Below, piece by piece: positions 18,782 to 27,638 of a DNA stretch of 51,812 nucleotides (the first letter of the stretch is position 1; each line of letters opens with the position of its first letter). Origin of the DNA: a virus (Duplodnaviria > Caudoviricetes); IMG/VR virus record IMGVR_UViG_3300027847_002828, positions 1 to 51,812 of that record. The stretch is one strand, 5' to 3'. Position numbers and translations under genes: made by a program. The notes under the pieces are model-generated. The model was not told where the DNA came from and made no database searches. It was given only the letters and a program-made list of their open reading frames with translations.

Positions 18782-19347
18782 GCAGTCTCCATTTCCGATT
18801 CAGCCGGGTCATGGATTTTCAGCCCATGCTTGTTGGCCAACTCGTTGATAAGCTCGGGACGGTTGTCGAGAAGACCGGCGACCATTTTGCCTATCTCCTC
18901 CTCAAGCTCATCGTCAGTCAGTGACGCCAAGTCGGGGGCGCTCTGGCGATGGTCGGCTGACAGGGAAGTTAGCCGGATTCCGACCGCGTAGAAGGCGTCC
19001 AGGACCAGCTTGCTGCCCGGCCTGTCGGTGGCGGCATCGTTGATGTGACGCATCCACTCGGCACAGAAAGCCTTGAGTCCGCCGAACTGCTCGTACATCT
19101 CTGCGGCGACTTCTGTCGGGTGCGGCACCTCGATCCTGTCACCACGGATGTCTGCAACCAGCTCCTTGAACATATCCTGCCGACCCTTCTTGCGTTCGTC
19201 GGCAGTTTTCTTCTTCCGGTCAGACTCCTGGCACGACTTGCACCAGCTTGACTGCCCGTTGGTTTTCTTACCTTTGTGAGCGTAGAAATCAGAGAGCTTC
19301 TTGGTCTTTCCACAGAAGCTGCATGGCTTGGTTCGTACCCCTACCAT
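18778..19347 (-). CDS. Putative terminase small subunit with N-terminal Zn-binding motif
   Basis: Directly upstream of and overlapping TerL; CSFC...WCKSC; DLASLTDDELEEEI tail; start at MVGVRTK. Confidence 0.55.
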   Translation of the reverse strand: MVGVRTKPCSFCGKTKKLSDFYAHKGKKTNGQSSWCKSCQESDRKKKTADERKKGRQDMFKELVADIRGDRIEVPHPTEVAAEMYEQFGGLKAFCAEWMRHINDAATDRPGSKLVLDAFYAVGIRLTSLSADHRQSAPDLASLTDDELEEEIGKMVAGLLDNRPELINELANKHGLKIHDPAESEMETA

Positions 19348-19357
19348 GTCACCACCC

Positions 19358-20260
19358 CTATCTAGGAACCTTGAATGGACGCTGCGGGACATCCCAGGAC
19401 CTGTCCAGCCCTGATGTGAAATCGACGTGTTTCCGCTTTTCGTTTTCCGGAAGTCTCGTCGGCGCTATTTTCAACAGCCTGTCACTGACCATGGACGGGG
19501 TCACAAGCTGGGGTTTTCCTACAACCTTGGGCTTCCAGTGTCCTGCCCAGGCGTCCCAGTTCACACACACCGGGTTGTATCCCCATTCACACTCTCCCTT
19601 GAGGCTTAGGTCTCTGGTCGCAGTCACATCCTCGGTTGAGCACTTCTGTGACTCGTAGACGTCCTCGTACTCATAGTAAAACCACGGGTTGTCGCCCTTT
19701 TCTTTTGGCTCAGTCAGGTCAAACACCGACACGTCACAGAGAATAAGACCTGTCGGAAGGGCGGCAACGTGTTCAATACCACCTCTCTCGAAAGCCTCCT
19801 CCCGTGTGAATTGACCCAGCTTCATATCAACCTCATCCGGAGTATCCGACTCCATTCCTCTCCAACGGAACACATAAATATTTTCTTCCGGAGGTGGGCC
19901 ACAGTAGGGAGCCGCGACAACAAGAGGCTTACCATATTCGATCATGTAGTCCAGGGACGATGACCAGAACGGCTTGGCTTCCAGGTCCTGCCCAAGGAGA
20001 AGGTCGGGAGCCATATCGCTGTCAAGCATCAACAGCAGGTCGTAGTTTTCCTCTCTGGCTAAACGAACTGCGCGGTTGCGGGTCATGGTGATCGGCGTGT
20101 CCGCCATGTCCACCAGGTTAACCCTGCCAATCCGAGAGTCCGCTTTCATCTCCGGAATGGATCTCAGGAGCCAGTCACGCACGTCAGGATGTTCAGACTT
20201 CATCCCCCCGTTGCCACCGTAACTAAATGTGCATATCAGTACGTCATGCTTCATCGGCAT
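19358..20260 (-). CDS. GT-A fold glycosyltransferase-like protein
   Basis: ITMTRNRAV, LLMLDSDM (DxD), ALPTGLIL, STED motifs. Confidence 0.75.
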   Translation of the reverse strand: MPMKHDVLICTFSYGGNGGMKSEHPDVRDWLLRSIPEMKADSRIGRVNLVDMADTPITMTRNRAVRLAREENYDLLLMLDSDMAPDLLLGQDLEAKPFWSSSLDYMIEYGKPLVVAAPYCGPPPEENIYVFRWRGMESDTPDEVDMKLGQFTREEAFERGGIEHVAALPTGLILCDVSVFDLTEPKEKGDNPWFYYEYEDVYESQKCSTEDVTATRDLSLKGECEWGYNPVCVNWDAWAGHWKPKVVGKPQLVTPSMVSDRLLKIAPTRLPENEKRKHVDFTSGLDRSWDVPQRPFKVPR

Positions 20261-20330
20261 TGTTGTCTCTCTTGTTGTGCGCCAAACTGAAACTCAAGCC
20301 TCCCATGCCACCACTACCGCCATGCTCTCT

Positions 20331-20375
20331 ACAAACGAATAGCCGCTGCTCGGTCGTGGCACCGAACAGCGGCTA
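20331..20375 (-). terminator. Intrinsic terminator-like hairpin after the capsid/cement genes
   Basis: tagccgctg...cagcggcta stem followed on the minus strand by ttcgtttgt. Confidence 0.55.
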
Positions 20376-20396
20376 CCGTCTCGGTGCCGGCAGTCT

Positions 20397-21011
20397 CTAT
20401 CTGATTGACAGGTCAATCAGCGTGTCTGTGTTAGTATCACCGGCTGTTCGTGCCGTGATAGCCGTGCCAATGGCATTCTGGCTGACTAGCAATGCATCAG
20501 CACCTGTCGCTGCCGCTGCGGCATTTCTGTCAAACCTACCACTCTCAGTCGCCCCGGCTGTGCTGGCGGCGGCTGTCTTGGCATGAACGGGATCATTGAT
20601 CGCGGCGGCCAAACCCAGGGTGGTATACGACGACTTGACCAGGCACGGACCCTTGACAATGATCCAGCAAATGTCGTCATCAAGGCAGCCAGCGGCGGGG
20701 AGGTGGTCGTCTACCACGCCCGCAACTTTCTGACTGTACGAATTTGCATTTCCGTCCACTTCCTTGCCAATTGCATCAGTCTTGAACTGGACAATTGTCT
20801 TAGGCAGCAGGGCAACCCCGCTGACGTTCCGAACGGCGATAGCGACCACGTCACCGTTGCTACGGTGCTTGGTTTCGTCTGACGGGTCCGTGTCCTGAAA
20901 GACGTGAACCTGTCCGAGAATTGAGGTCCCTGGCAAGTCTGACGAATCAACCGTCTTCCCGTGAAAGAACGTCCGCCCTCTGGCGAAAGGTGCTACTGCT
21001 CGGTCTGGCAT
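20397..21011 (-). CDS. Capsid cement/decoration protein
   Basis: Directly after the MCP; GVVDDHLPAAG...WIIVKGP, Ala-rich. Confidence 0.65.
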   Translation of the reverse strand: MPDRAVAPFARGRTFFHGKTVDSSDLPGTSILGQVHVFQDTDPSDETKHRSNGDVVAIAVRNVSGVALLPKTIVQFKTDAIGKEVDGNANSYSQKVAGVVDDHLPAAGCLDDDICWIIVKGPCLVKSSYTTLGLAAAINDPVHAKTAAASTAGATESGRFDRNAAAAATGADALLVSQNAIGTAITARTAGDTNTDTLIDLSIR

Positions 21012-21069
21012 CTCGTATCCTCCGTGAGGCTCTCTATTTTATTGTGTCCAAGTGCGTAACGTCTCTTTG

Positions 21070-22170
21070 CTAGGCAATTGCTGCCAGCTTCGCGAAGTGC
21101 TTGGGATTGTAACGCACGTTGCCGAAGAACCCTACGAGGAACAACCAGGCGTCCGTCTTGATGTCGTACTCGGGGCCACGGGAGGAGAACAGCACACTGT
21201 CGAGGCTGCCTAGCTCCATCTGATCCACGTTCAGTCCGTATCCAACATCGGCGGGAACGTCGAAGTCGGTGTCGATCATCACTCCGTCCTGATTCAACAC
21301 GTCGTCGAATCCTAGGTCCTGAGCACCCTTGTGCGGAACCATGATCCGCCGGAGGGATTCGATCTTGTTCTTGTATCCGTAGAACAAGTTACCGGCCAGA
21401 AGATAGATATCAGGCCGCCCGTCCTTGCCGGAAGTCTGAGTCAGCCAGATCGTTGACTGCCGGAGAACCCGCTCGCAGTTGTTGTCCCAGGATGTCGAGG
21501 ACGTTCCCCAACCTGAGCTGCTGTAGTTGATGATCTTCGGAGAGATGTAGTCATACTCCGGGTCGCCGTTGCCGTCCGGCCAGTCCGTCGCAGCATTGGC
21601 GTTCGGACTGGTTGTCAGGTCGGTACTCCACGAGCCACCCTCGTTGGCCAACGCCGTGGACTTGCCACCGTAGGTATCACTCGGCTGTGCGATACGGTCG
21701 GCGGCGACAGTCGTGCCCGTTCCGAAGAAACTCTCCAGTCCGTGCAGACGGTTCTCGTTGCCGGTCGCGTAACCGTCAATGAAAAACTCTCCGCAGAACT
21801 TGTTGCGGAGAGACTTGGTCAGCGTCGGCATGATCCGGTCGTAGCGTTTGACAATGGCGATGTCGCCCTTGTTCTCCAAACGCTCTTTCTCCGTCATCAT
21901 GTCCGTGGCTTTGTAGCCACGCCAGTCGATCTTGAGCTGACGCAGAAGATCGTGCCGGGAGAAGTCAATAGTTCCGCCGTCGCCGTAGGCGCTGACGGGC
22001 TGCTCTGCGTATTCGACATCCCAGTTGCACTCGTGGGATGACTCGTTGAACGTGATCCGGCCCTTCTGGCGGACCATCGTCAGGATGAGCCTGTTCCGTA
22101 TCGTGTTGTCAGCAGCTCCCGAGAGATACTTCGGAGCCGTGCTATGAATAATCCCAATCCACTCTGCCAT
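21070..22170 (-). CDS. Major capsid protein
   Basis: 366 aa after scaffold; DGYATGNENRLHGLES, LGFDDVLNQDGVMIDTD; strong SD and biased codons. Confidence 0.85.
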   Translation of the reverse strand: MAEWIGIIHSTAPKYLSGAADNTIRNRLILTMVRQKGRITFNESSHECNWDVEYAEQPVSAYGDGGTIDFSRHDLLRQLKIDWRGYKATDMMTEKERLENKGDIAIVKRYDRIMPTLTKSLRNKFCGEFFIDGYATGNENRLHGLESFFGTGTTVAADRIAQPSDTYGGKSTALANEGGSWSTDLTTSPNANAATDWPDGNGDPEYDYISPKIINYSSSGWGTSSTSWDNNCERVLRQSTIWLTQTSGKDGRPDIYLLAGNLFYGYKNKIESLRRIMVPHKGAQDLGFDDVLNQDGVMIDTDFDVPADVGYGLNVDQMELGSLDSVLFSSRGPEYDIKTDAWLFLVGFFGNVRYNPKHFAKLAAIA

Positions 22171-22184
22171 CTGTCAGTCTCCTA

Positions 22185-23309
22185 TCAGCCGTTTTGCGGA
22201 AGCAACCCTCGTTCTCGCATTTCTAATTCAGCGAGCTGAAGGAATGACGAATCGCCATTTTGCGGGATGCCACTCCGCTCTGAACTGTCGATTGTGCCCG
22301 ACTGGTTGGGTTGGTGATAAGCACCCTGCAATCCACGCTCTAGGAATGTCTGGTTTTGTTCCGGCTCTGTCAACCCCGGTTCTTGGTACTCTGGCTGGGC
22401 CTGTTGTTGATATTGCTGTTGCGCAAGAGATTGTTGCTGGTACTGCTGGTTAGCGTACCCCATTCCTGTCTCAAGCATATCCCTCTGCAACAGTCCTGAC
22501 GCAAGGTCCCTGATCTCTTTCGCGTCAGTTACTCCGGACGACCTGAGACGCCTTGCGTACTCCTGCATCTTGTGACCGGCAGGAGTCAGCATCTCTCCTC
22601 CAGAATCGTCAACCAGCCGGTTTCCCTGGTTGTCCAACTGAAAGAAAATCGACTTGTTCTCGTCGAGGAAATCTCGTGCAGTTGACCTTTCCCTAATCCC
22701 GTCTACTGCGTCCCTGACCCGGCTCTCGACCATGTTTTCGACACGATCATTGAGTCCCTCCCACATGAAGTCATGCGGGTTCTCCCAGAACCTCTGTCCC
22801 TCCTTGCGGAGGTATTCCCGATACTCGTTCGCCTTCTGAGCGACAATCGGATTGACGTGCTGATAACGCGGAACGAACTGCCCACTATCCGGATCCAGCT
22901 TCACCAGAGCGTCCCAGTCCTGGTCGTACTCCGGAGGGTTCCACGAGCTGGCAGGAGCTGATTCCGGTGTCGGAGGATAGTACGGTTCATCGTACTGGGC
23001 CGAACGATCCTGCTGCTGCTGGGCCAGCCAGGCGTTCTGCATCTCGCTCATCTGCCCCTGCATCTGGGGGATGGTCGCTAGACCCTGCTCCAAAGCCTGC
23101 ACGAACGTCGCGTCGTCCTCGAACTGGCTAACGTCGTAACCCCGTTCCGCGAACGCCTGCCTCGCTGACGACTCAGTGGCCGCTGGGGGTGCGTTGTACT
23201 GCTGGTTGATCTCCTCCAACCCCTGCTCAAATGTCGGCTCGGGTGTCGGTGCCTGCTCTGGAGTGGGCTGCTGGGGGACGCCTGGTTGCTCGGAGTAGCC
23301 AGTTGACAT
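22185..23309 (-). CDS. Scaffold protein (putative)
   Basis: Acidic, Q/P/E-rich, helical, directly upstream of the MCP; first gene of the operon. Confidence 0.7.
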   Translation of the reverse strand: MSTGYSEQPGVPQQPTPEQAPTPEPTFEQGLEEINQQYNAPPAATESSARQAFAERGYDVSQFEDDATFVQALEQGLATIPQMQGQMSEMQNAWLAQQQQDRSAQYDEPYYPPTPESAPASSWNPPEYDQDWDALVKLDPDSGQFVPRYQHVNPIVAQKANEYREYLRKEGQRFWENPHDFMWEGLNDRVENMVESRVRDAVDGIRERSTARDFLDENKSIFFQLDNQGNRLVDDSGGEMLTPAGHKMQEYARRLRSSGVTDAKEIRDLASGLLQRDMLETGMGYANQQYQQQSLAQQQYQQQAQPEYQEPGLTEPEQNQTFLERGLQGAYHQPNQSGTIDSSERSGIPQNGDSSFLQLAELEMRERGLLPQNG

Positions 23310-23339
23310 CAGTCACCTCTCATGCTGGTTGACACCAAA

Positions 23340-23368
23340 GTTGTACACGGCCCGGTTTTCTTTTGCAA
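23340..23368 (-). promoter_or_regulatory. Sigma70-like promoter for the virion operon
   Basis: TTGCAA-N17-TACAAC on the minus strand, upstream of SD GAGAGG and ATG 23309. Confidence 0.5.
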
Positions 23369-23384
23369 TTGACAATTTTGTCGC

Positions 23385-23413
23385 TTGACATCGGTTTGCG
23401 TTTTTTGTAAATT
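23385..23413 (+). promoter_or_regulatory. Sigma70-like divergent promoter
   Basis: TTGACA-N17-TAAATT upstream of SD GGAG and ATG 23432. Confidence 0.6.
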
Positions 23414-23431
23414 TTGAAAGTCTTGGAGAAA

Positions 23432-23716
23432 ATGACAATGACGCTCAAAATCACAGACGACAAACTTATTCCAGTTTCTGCTGTTTCCAAAATCCTGCCG
23501 CACGTCAGCTACGGGACGGTCAGGAACTGGTACATGAAGGGCTGCGTTTCCCACGCTACGGGAGAGCGGGTCACCCTGGATGTTATCCAGATCGGACACC
23601 GCTTCTTCACCAGCCGAGAGTCGGTTGACGAGTTTATAAAGAGGCTCAATGGTGGGGACGAGGACCGCTCTGTCAGAACGGCTGACACGAATACTGGAGT
23701 AACCTTCTGTGAGTGA
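23432..23716 (+). CDS. DUF1580-like winged HTH (excisionase/MerR-like) DNA-binding protein
   Basis: VSYGTVRNWYMKG...LDVIQIGHRFFTSRESVDEFI. Confidence 0.7.
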   Translation: MTMTLKITDDKLIPVSAVSKILPHVSYGTVRNWYMKGCVSHATGERVTLDVIQIGHRFFTSRESVDEFIKRLNGGDEDRSVRTADTNTGVTFCE

Positions 23717-24062
23717 AGGTGACGCCATCCGCAGAGCTGACGAACTGGAAACAGAACTTCGTGAAATCAAGGAGGAGAACTACAAACTCAAAAAGCGTGT
23801 TGAGAGGCTACTTGCTCCCGAGACTATGCTGACTGCTGACGGGTTCATCGAGGCGATCACGGGCATCTCGTATCGCTTCGGCCTGCCCCCGGTCGTTGCC
23901 TACGACTACGAACAATGTGTCGAGATCCTGAAAGACCGAGATGGCATGGACCATGGTCAGGCTGTCGATTTCATGGAGTTCAATGTCCTGGGAGCCTACG
24001 TTGGAGAACGCACACCCTGTTTCATAGACAAATCGTGGAGACCAGAAGATCATGGACACTAA
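23709..24062 (+). CDS. Conserved phage hypothetical protein
   Basis: ADGFIEAITG...VAYDY...AVDFMEFNVLGAYVGERTP, a pattern I recall from aquatic phages. Confidence 0.7.
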   Translation: MSEGDAIRRADELETELREIKEENYKLKKRVERLLAPETMLTADGFIEAITGISYRFGLPPVVAYDYEQCVEILKDRDGMDHGQAVDFMEFNVLGAYVGERTPCFIDKSWRPEDHGH

Positions 24063-24417
24063 CGAAGTCCGGCTGAGTGGAATTGTTGACAAGGCTACGA
24101 CCCGTAACGTGGGTCAGAAGAACACCCGGCTGCTTGAAGTGGACCTCAGACAGGAAGTCCCAGCTTGGAATGGAGAGCTGGAGAGCCAGGTGATTCGCTG
24201 CCAGTGCCTTGGACGGCAAGCAGAGGAGATTGGCGAGAAGGTTCAGGAGGGGCAGAAAATCCGCATCACCGGCAAGCTGGATGGCCGTGAGTGGAACGAC
24301 AAAATATTCATCAACTGCTCCATTCAGAGCGTTGAGGTCTTGACGGTCAACGAGCAAATGCAGGACCATCGAGTCAACGAACAGCCTAGAGTAGACGATA
24401 TGGAGGTCCCGTTCTGA
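24052..24417 (+). CDS. ssb: Single-stranded DNA-binding protein
   Basis: NEVRLSG...GQKIRITGKLDGREW; acidic C-terminal DDMEVPF. Confidence 0.8.
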   Translation: MDTNEVRLSGIVDKATTRNVGQKNTRLLEVDLRQEVPAWNGELESQVIRCQCLGRQAEEIGEKVQEGQKIRITGKLDGREWNDKIFINCSIQSVEVLTVNEQMQDHRVNEQPRVDDMEVPF

Positions 24418-24441
24418 TCCTACTCATCAACGGAGGGAGCC

Positions 24442-24687
24442 GTGTCCAGAGACGACAACTCACTGCTTGGAGACATGATAACTACGCAAACGAAGCCGCT
24501 GAAAAACGTGATATCCAAGTATCGCAAGAGCGGCCCTGGCTCAGAGATGTCTTCGTCTCTAGCCGGGAAGCCACAGACAGTTATCGACACTGTCAACGGC
24601 AGGGTAGACGTCATGAGAATCAGGTACGAACAAGGGCTTGACCTGTGGACAGGAGAGCCTCTGGAGAAAACGAAAGGAACCAAATGA
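24442..24687 (+). CDS. Hypothetical protein
   Basis: SD GGAGG, GTG start; RVDVMRIRYEQGLDLW. Confidence 0.55.
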   Translation: MSRDDNSLLGDMITTQTKPLKNVISKYRKSGPGSEMSSSLAGKPQTVIDTVNGRVDVMRIRYEQGLDLWTGEPLEKTKGTK

Positions 24688-24953
24688 GCAAGTTTACGGA
24701 CGATCCCGAAAACGCCGAGGTGGGCGATCTCACAGGACTGAGCAAGAACCAGTGCTTCTTGGACGGCGTTGAGTTCGGTATTTTCGTGCACGCAAACAGC
24801 GTAGCTGTGCTTCAGGGAGCAACTGAAAGGCACGAGATGGGGTCGCGTCATCGTGGGCGATTGGAGATGTTTTTCGAGGTCAACGGCGGAACTGTGGCAG
24901 ACATCAAGTGGATCAATGACGATTTAGTATCAGTGGAGATAGGCCATGCCTGA
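24684..24953 (+). CDS. Hypothetical protein
   Basis: ATGA overlap with the previous gene, SD AAGGA. Confidence 0.6.
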   Translation: MSKFTDDPENAEVGDLTGLSKNQCFLDGVEFGIFVHANSVAVLQGATERHEMGSRHRGRLEMFFEVNGGTVADIKWINDDLVSVEIGHA

Positions 24954-25212
24954 CGGACAACAATGCGACAATTGCATATTCTGGACATCACACCAGAGCG
25001 GACAGGCTGGCGAGTGCTCGGCCATGTCCAACACCGACCCGGGCAACATCGTCAGGATGATCCTGATCCGGATGAATCCCGAGACAGGAGACTGGCAGCC
25101 GAACTTCGACCGTAACGTCTCCGTTGCGGTTGGCACATCGCCCACGTTCTTTTGCTCCATGCACCAGCCTGCCCAAACCCCTGACCAGGCACCTGCTGTT
25201 CAACAGGAGTAA
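24946..25212 (+). CDS. Small Cys-containing hypothetical protein
   Basis: CDNCIFW...GEC...FFC. Confidence 0.6.
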   Translation: MPDGQQCDNCIFWTSHQSGQAGECSAMSNTDPGNIVRMILIRMNPETGDWQPNFDRNVSVAVGTSPTFFCSMHQPAQTPDQAPAVQQE

Positions 25213-25214
25213 CG

Positions 25215-26219
25215 ATGCTCTATGTGTCCCTTTTCTCCGGTGTTGGGGGGATTGATCTCGGGCTGGACCGTGCAGGAATGACCTGCGCCTACCAGGTTGA
25301 GATCGACCCCTACTGCCGGAAGGTTCTGGCCAAGCATTGGCCCGATGTGCCCAAGTGGGATGACATCAAAACCTTCCCTGGGACACATGCAATGAGTTTG
25401 CTTGGTAATGTGGACTTGGTGGCTGGAGGCTTTCCGTGCCAGCCTGTATCAAAAGCAGGAAAAATGAGAGGCGCTGCCGATGAAAGATTCCTATGGCCGG
25501 AAATGTACCGAGTTTGCAAGAAGCTCCGGCCCAGATACGTCCTGGTCGAAAACGTCACTGGGCTGCTCTCAGCTCCTGATAGGCTGGGAAGACGAGGAGG
25601 CCTGTTCGGAGGAATTCTGCGAGACCTGGCCTCGCTCGGGTATTGTGTCGAATGGCATTGCATACCGGCTTCCTCGATTAACGCGCTCCACAGGAGAGAC
25701 AGAGTCTGGATCGTGGCCTACGCCGAACACGATGGACCATCTGAAGCCTCGGGACGAGGAAACCATCGAGGAATACAACAACAGCAGGGACGGGCGGAAG
25801 AATCGGAAAGCCCTGAGCAATCTTCGACAGGCTGTGACCAGCCCGCACTATTCCAAGATGTTCCCGACACCTACCAGCAGGGACTGGAAGGATACCAGGG
25901 GGATGGCACAGACAGGAATCAATCCGGACGGGTCATCGAGGGATCGGCTGGACCAGTTACCCAGAGTCGTCTACGCAGGTTTGCCAACAGGGAAGGATCG
26001 GCCCAGTGGGGGCTTGAACCCGACGTGGGTAGAGTGGCTGATGGGGTTCCCGCTAGGATGGACCGACTTAGATCACTCGGAAACGCCGTAGTTCCACAGG
26101 TTGTCGAGTTTCTAGGACGATGCATAATGGACAGGGAAGATGTCAGAAAATCTCGGCCCAGTATACAACTGCCCAGAGTGCGGGGAGTTTCCCACTCTTG
26201 TAGAGACGACGATAGATGA
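25215..26219 (+). CDS. C5-cytosine DNA methyltransferase (main polypeptide)
   Basis: Motif I LFSGVGG, IV GGFPCQ, VI ENV, VIII HRRDRVWIV, X LGNAVVPQV. Confidence 0.92.
   Translation: MLYVSLFSGVGGIDLGLDRAGMTCAYQVEIDPYCRKVLAKHWPDVPKWDDIKTFPGTHAMSLLGNVDLVAGGFPCQPVSKAGKMRGAADERFLWPEMYRVCKKLRPRYVLVENVTGLLSAPDRLGRRGGLFGGILRDLASLGYCVEWHCIPASSINALHRRDRVWIVAYAEHDGPSEASGRGNHRGIQQQQGRAEESESPEQSSTGCDQPALFQDVPDTYQQGLEGYQGDGTDRNQSGRVIEGSAGPVTQSRLRRFANREGSAQWGLEPDVGRVADGVPARMDRLRSLGNAVVPQVVEFLGRCIMDREDVRKSRPSIQLPRVRGVSHSCRDDDR
25480..26091 (+). CDS. Nested +1-frame ORF: candidate second MTase polypeptide (motif IX and PTP repeats)
   Basis: SD GAGAGG 8 nt before ATG; WPTPNTMD, FPTPTSRDWKD, LNPTWVEWLMGFPLGWTD. 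Confidence 0.7.
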   Translation: MKDSYGRKCTEFARSSGPDTSWSKTSLGCSQLLIGWEDEEACSEEFCETWPRSGIVSNGIAYRLPRLTRSTGETESGSWPTPNTMDHLKPRDEETIEEYNNSRDGRKNRKALSNLRQAVTSPHYSKMFPTPTSRDWKDTRGMAQTGINPDGSSRDRLDQLPRVVYAGLPTGKDRPSGGLNPTWVEWLMGFPLGWTDLDHSETP

Positions 26220-26337
26220 CTCTGGAGGCTCCATCGGAGCCGTCGCGTGTCGCGAATGCAGGCTTATCGCCACTGCATCAACCACACAAGACGCCATTCT
26301 CCTCTGGAATGGAATAGAAAAAGAGGATGATGACTGA
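26140..26337 (+). CDS. Lar-like restriction alleviation protein
   Basis: CPECG...VACRECR...DAILLWN pattern. Confidence 0.65.
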   Translation: MSENLGPVYNCPECGEFPTLVETTIDDSGGSIGAVACRECRLIATASTTQDAILLWNGIEKEDDD

Positions 26338-26968
26338 CCAGGGATTTGAAGACATTCACCAGTCGAAATACAGCCTCATTGACATGGGACTACCGTCCGA
26401 TCTCGTCATAGACTTCGGACCCAGCTTTCGACCACAGTATCTCAACCACGCTGCGAACAATGGGGCAAAACACGCTCTTGCCGTAGACGCAATCAGGAGA
26501 GAACTTGATGAAGGCATAGATTTCCACAGGGCTGACTTCAGCAGAGACGCCATCACACCCTGGATAGAAGCCTACAGGGACAGATACCCAGGAAAATGCC
26601 TCGGAATCATGTTTGACACACTGCTGCACCAGTATGCACCCATCCGCGTGCTCCAAAACCTCCTCAGCGTGCTGGACAGAGCCTGCATAGGGTGCCCTGT
26701 CATCAAGAAAGAGTCCCCAAACTGCACCTTTCTGCCGTCTGTGCCAGAACACGAGCAGGATGACCTGTTCCCAAGCTCCTGGATACCAGGAGAAAACAGG
26801 TTCGCTGATGAATCCAGGTACTCCTGGGCAAACTGGCTGTGGGGAATACCGCCCAATCTGCTCAAAACGTGGATACAACGCGAGAATTTCGACATCGTAG
26901 CCGAACAAACCGTCAAAAGACCCAACGCCTGGGACTGGTGGGGATGCTACGCCGTCAGAAAGCCGTGA
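26327..26968 (+). CDS. Class I SAM-dependent methyltransferase-like protein
   Basis: LVIDFG, LAVD, FHRADF, MFDTLLHQYAP, W...ENF. Confidence 0.6.
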   Translation: MMTDQGFEDIHQSKYSLIDMGLPSDLVIDFGPSFRPQYLNHAANNGAKHALAVDAIRRELDEGIDFHRADFSRDAITPWIEAYRDRYPGKCLGIMFDTLLHQYAPIRVLQNLLSVLDRACIGCPVIKKESPNCTFLPSVPEHEQDDLFPSSWIPGENRFADESRYSWANWLWGIPPNLLKTWIQRENFDIVAEQTVKRPNAWDWWGCYAVRKP

Positions 26969-27638
26969 AATCCGGCTACATGGGATGCTTTTTGAGGTCC
27001 CACCCCCCCCTATATACTTAACTCCATATGCTTAAAAGCGGCTCGCCCTTTAAGTCTTTGGCCTTAAGTATATTAAGACGCAGTTCTTGTGCCCAAAATG
27101 CGGAAAATGGGCCTAAATACGGGGAAATAGCGGGGAAAACCCGGATTATTCCCCAGGTATAGAACAAATTTGTTCTATCTGCCCGTTTTTACGCCGAAAC
27201 AGGGGCAATTACGCCCCATTTGGGGGTATACCGGGGGTCTTTTAGGGGGTTTTAGAGCAAAAATTCCCCGAGATGTAGGTATAAGTATCAGCGAGCCGCT
27301 GGGGGCCTGCGGCCCTTCCGTCGTCGTAAGTCCTTTGATAGCCACAGGTTGGCTCCACGTCCCGCCACCGACGGACGCGATTCCTCTACCCGGTGCCTGA
27401 TTGGCAAAGTATCTACTATACCTAGTCAGTAGGAATCGACCCGTATCATTTTGCTGCATCATTTTGCAACACCAGGGGCAGAATGATACACCCATCGGAA
27501 TCCGTTGATATGACGTAAGTCGTTTCATACCAACGGTTTACGTTTTTTTGAGACGTTTGGCACGGGTTGTGCATCTTGTTTTCTCGTCGCCGTTCCGACT
27601 ACCGGACGGGTCATCCACTGACTAGGGAAGCAAGTACA
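26969..27638. other. Non-coding, relatively AT-rich gap: candidate packaging/terminus or origin region
   Basis: No credible ORF; homopolymer G/C/T runs and imperfect palindromes; separates two plus-strand blocks. Confidence 0.45.

Noticed and set aside
23309-23770. 153-aa minus-strand ORF upstream of the scaffold
   Set aside because: Antisense to the DUF1580-like gene and runs across the promoter region
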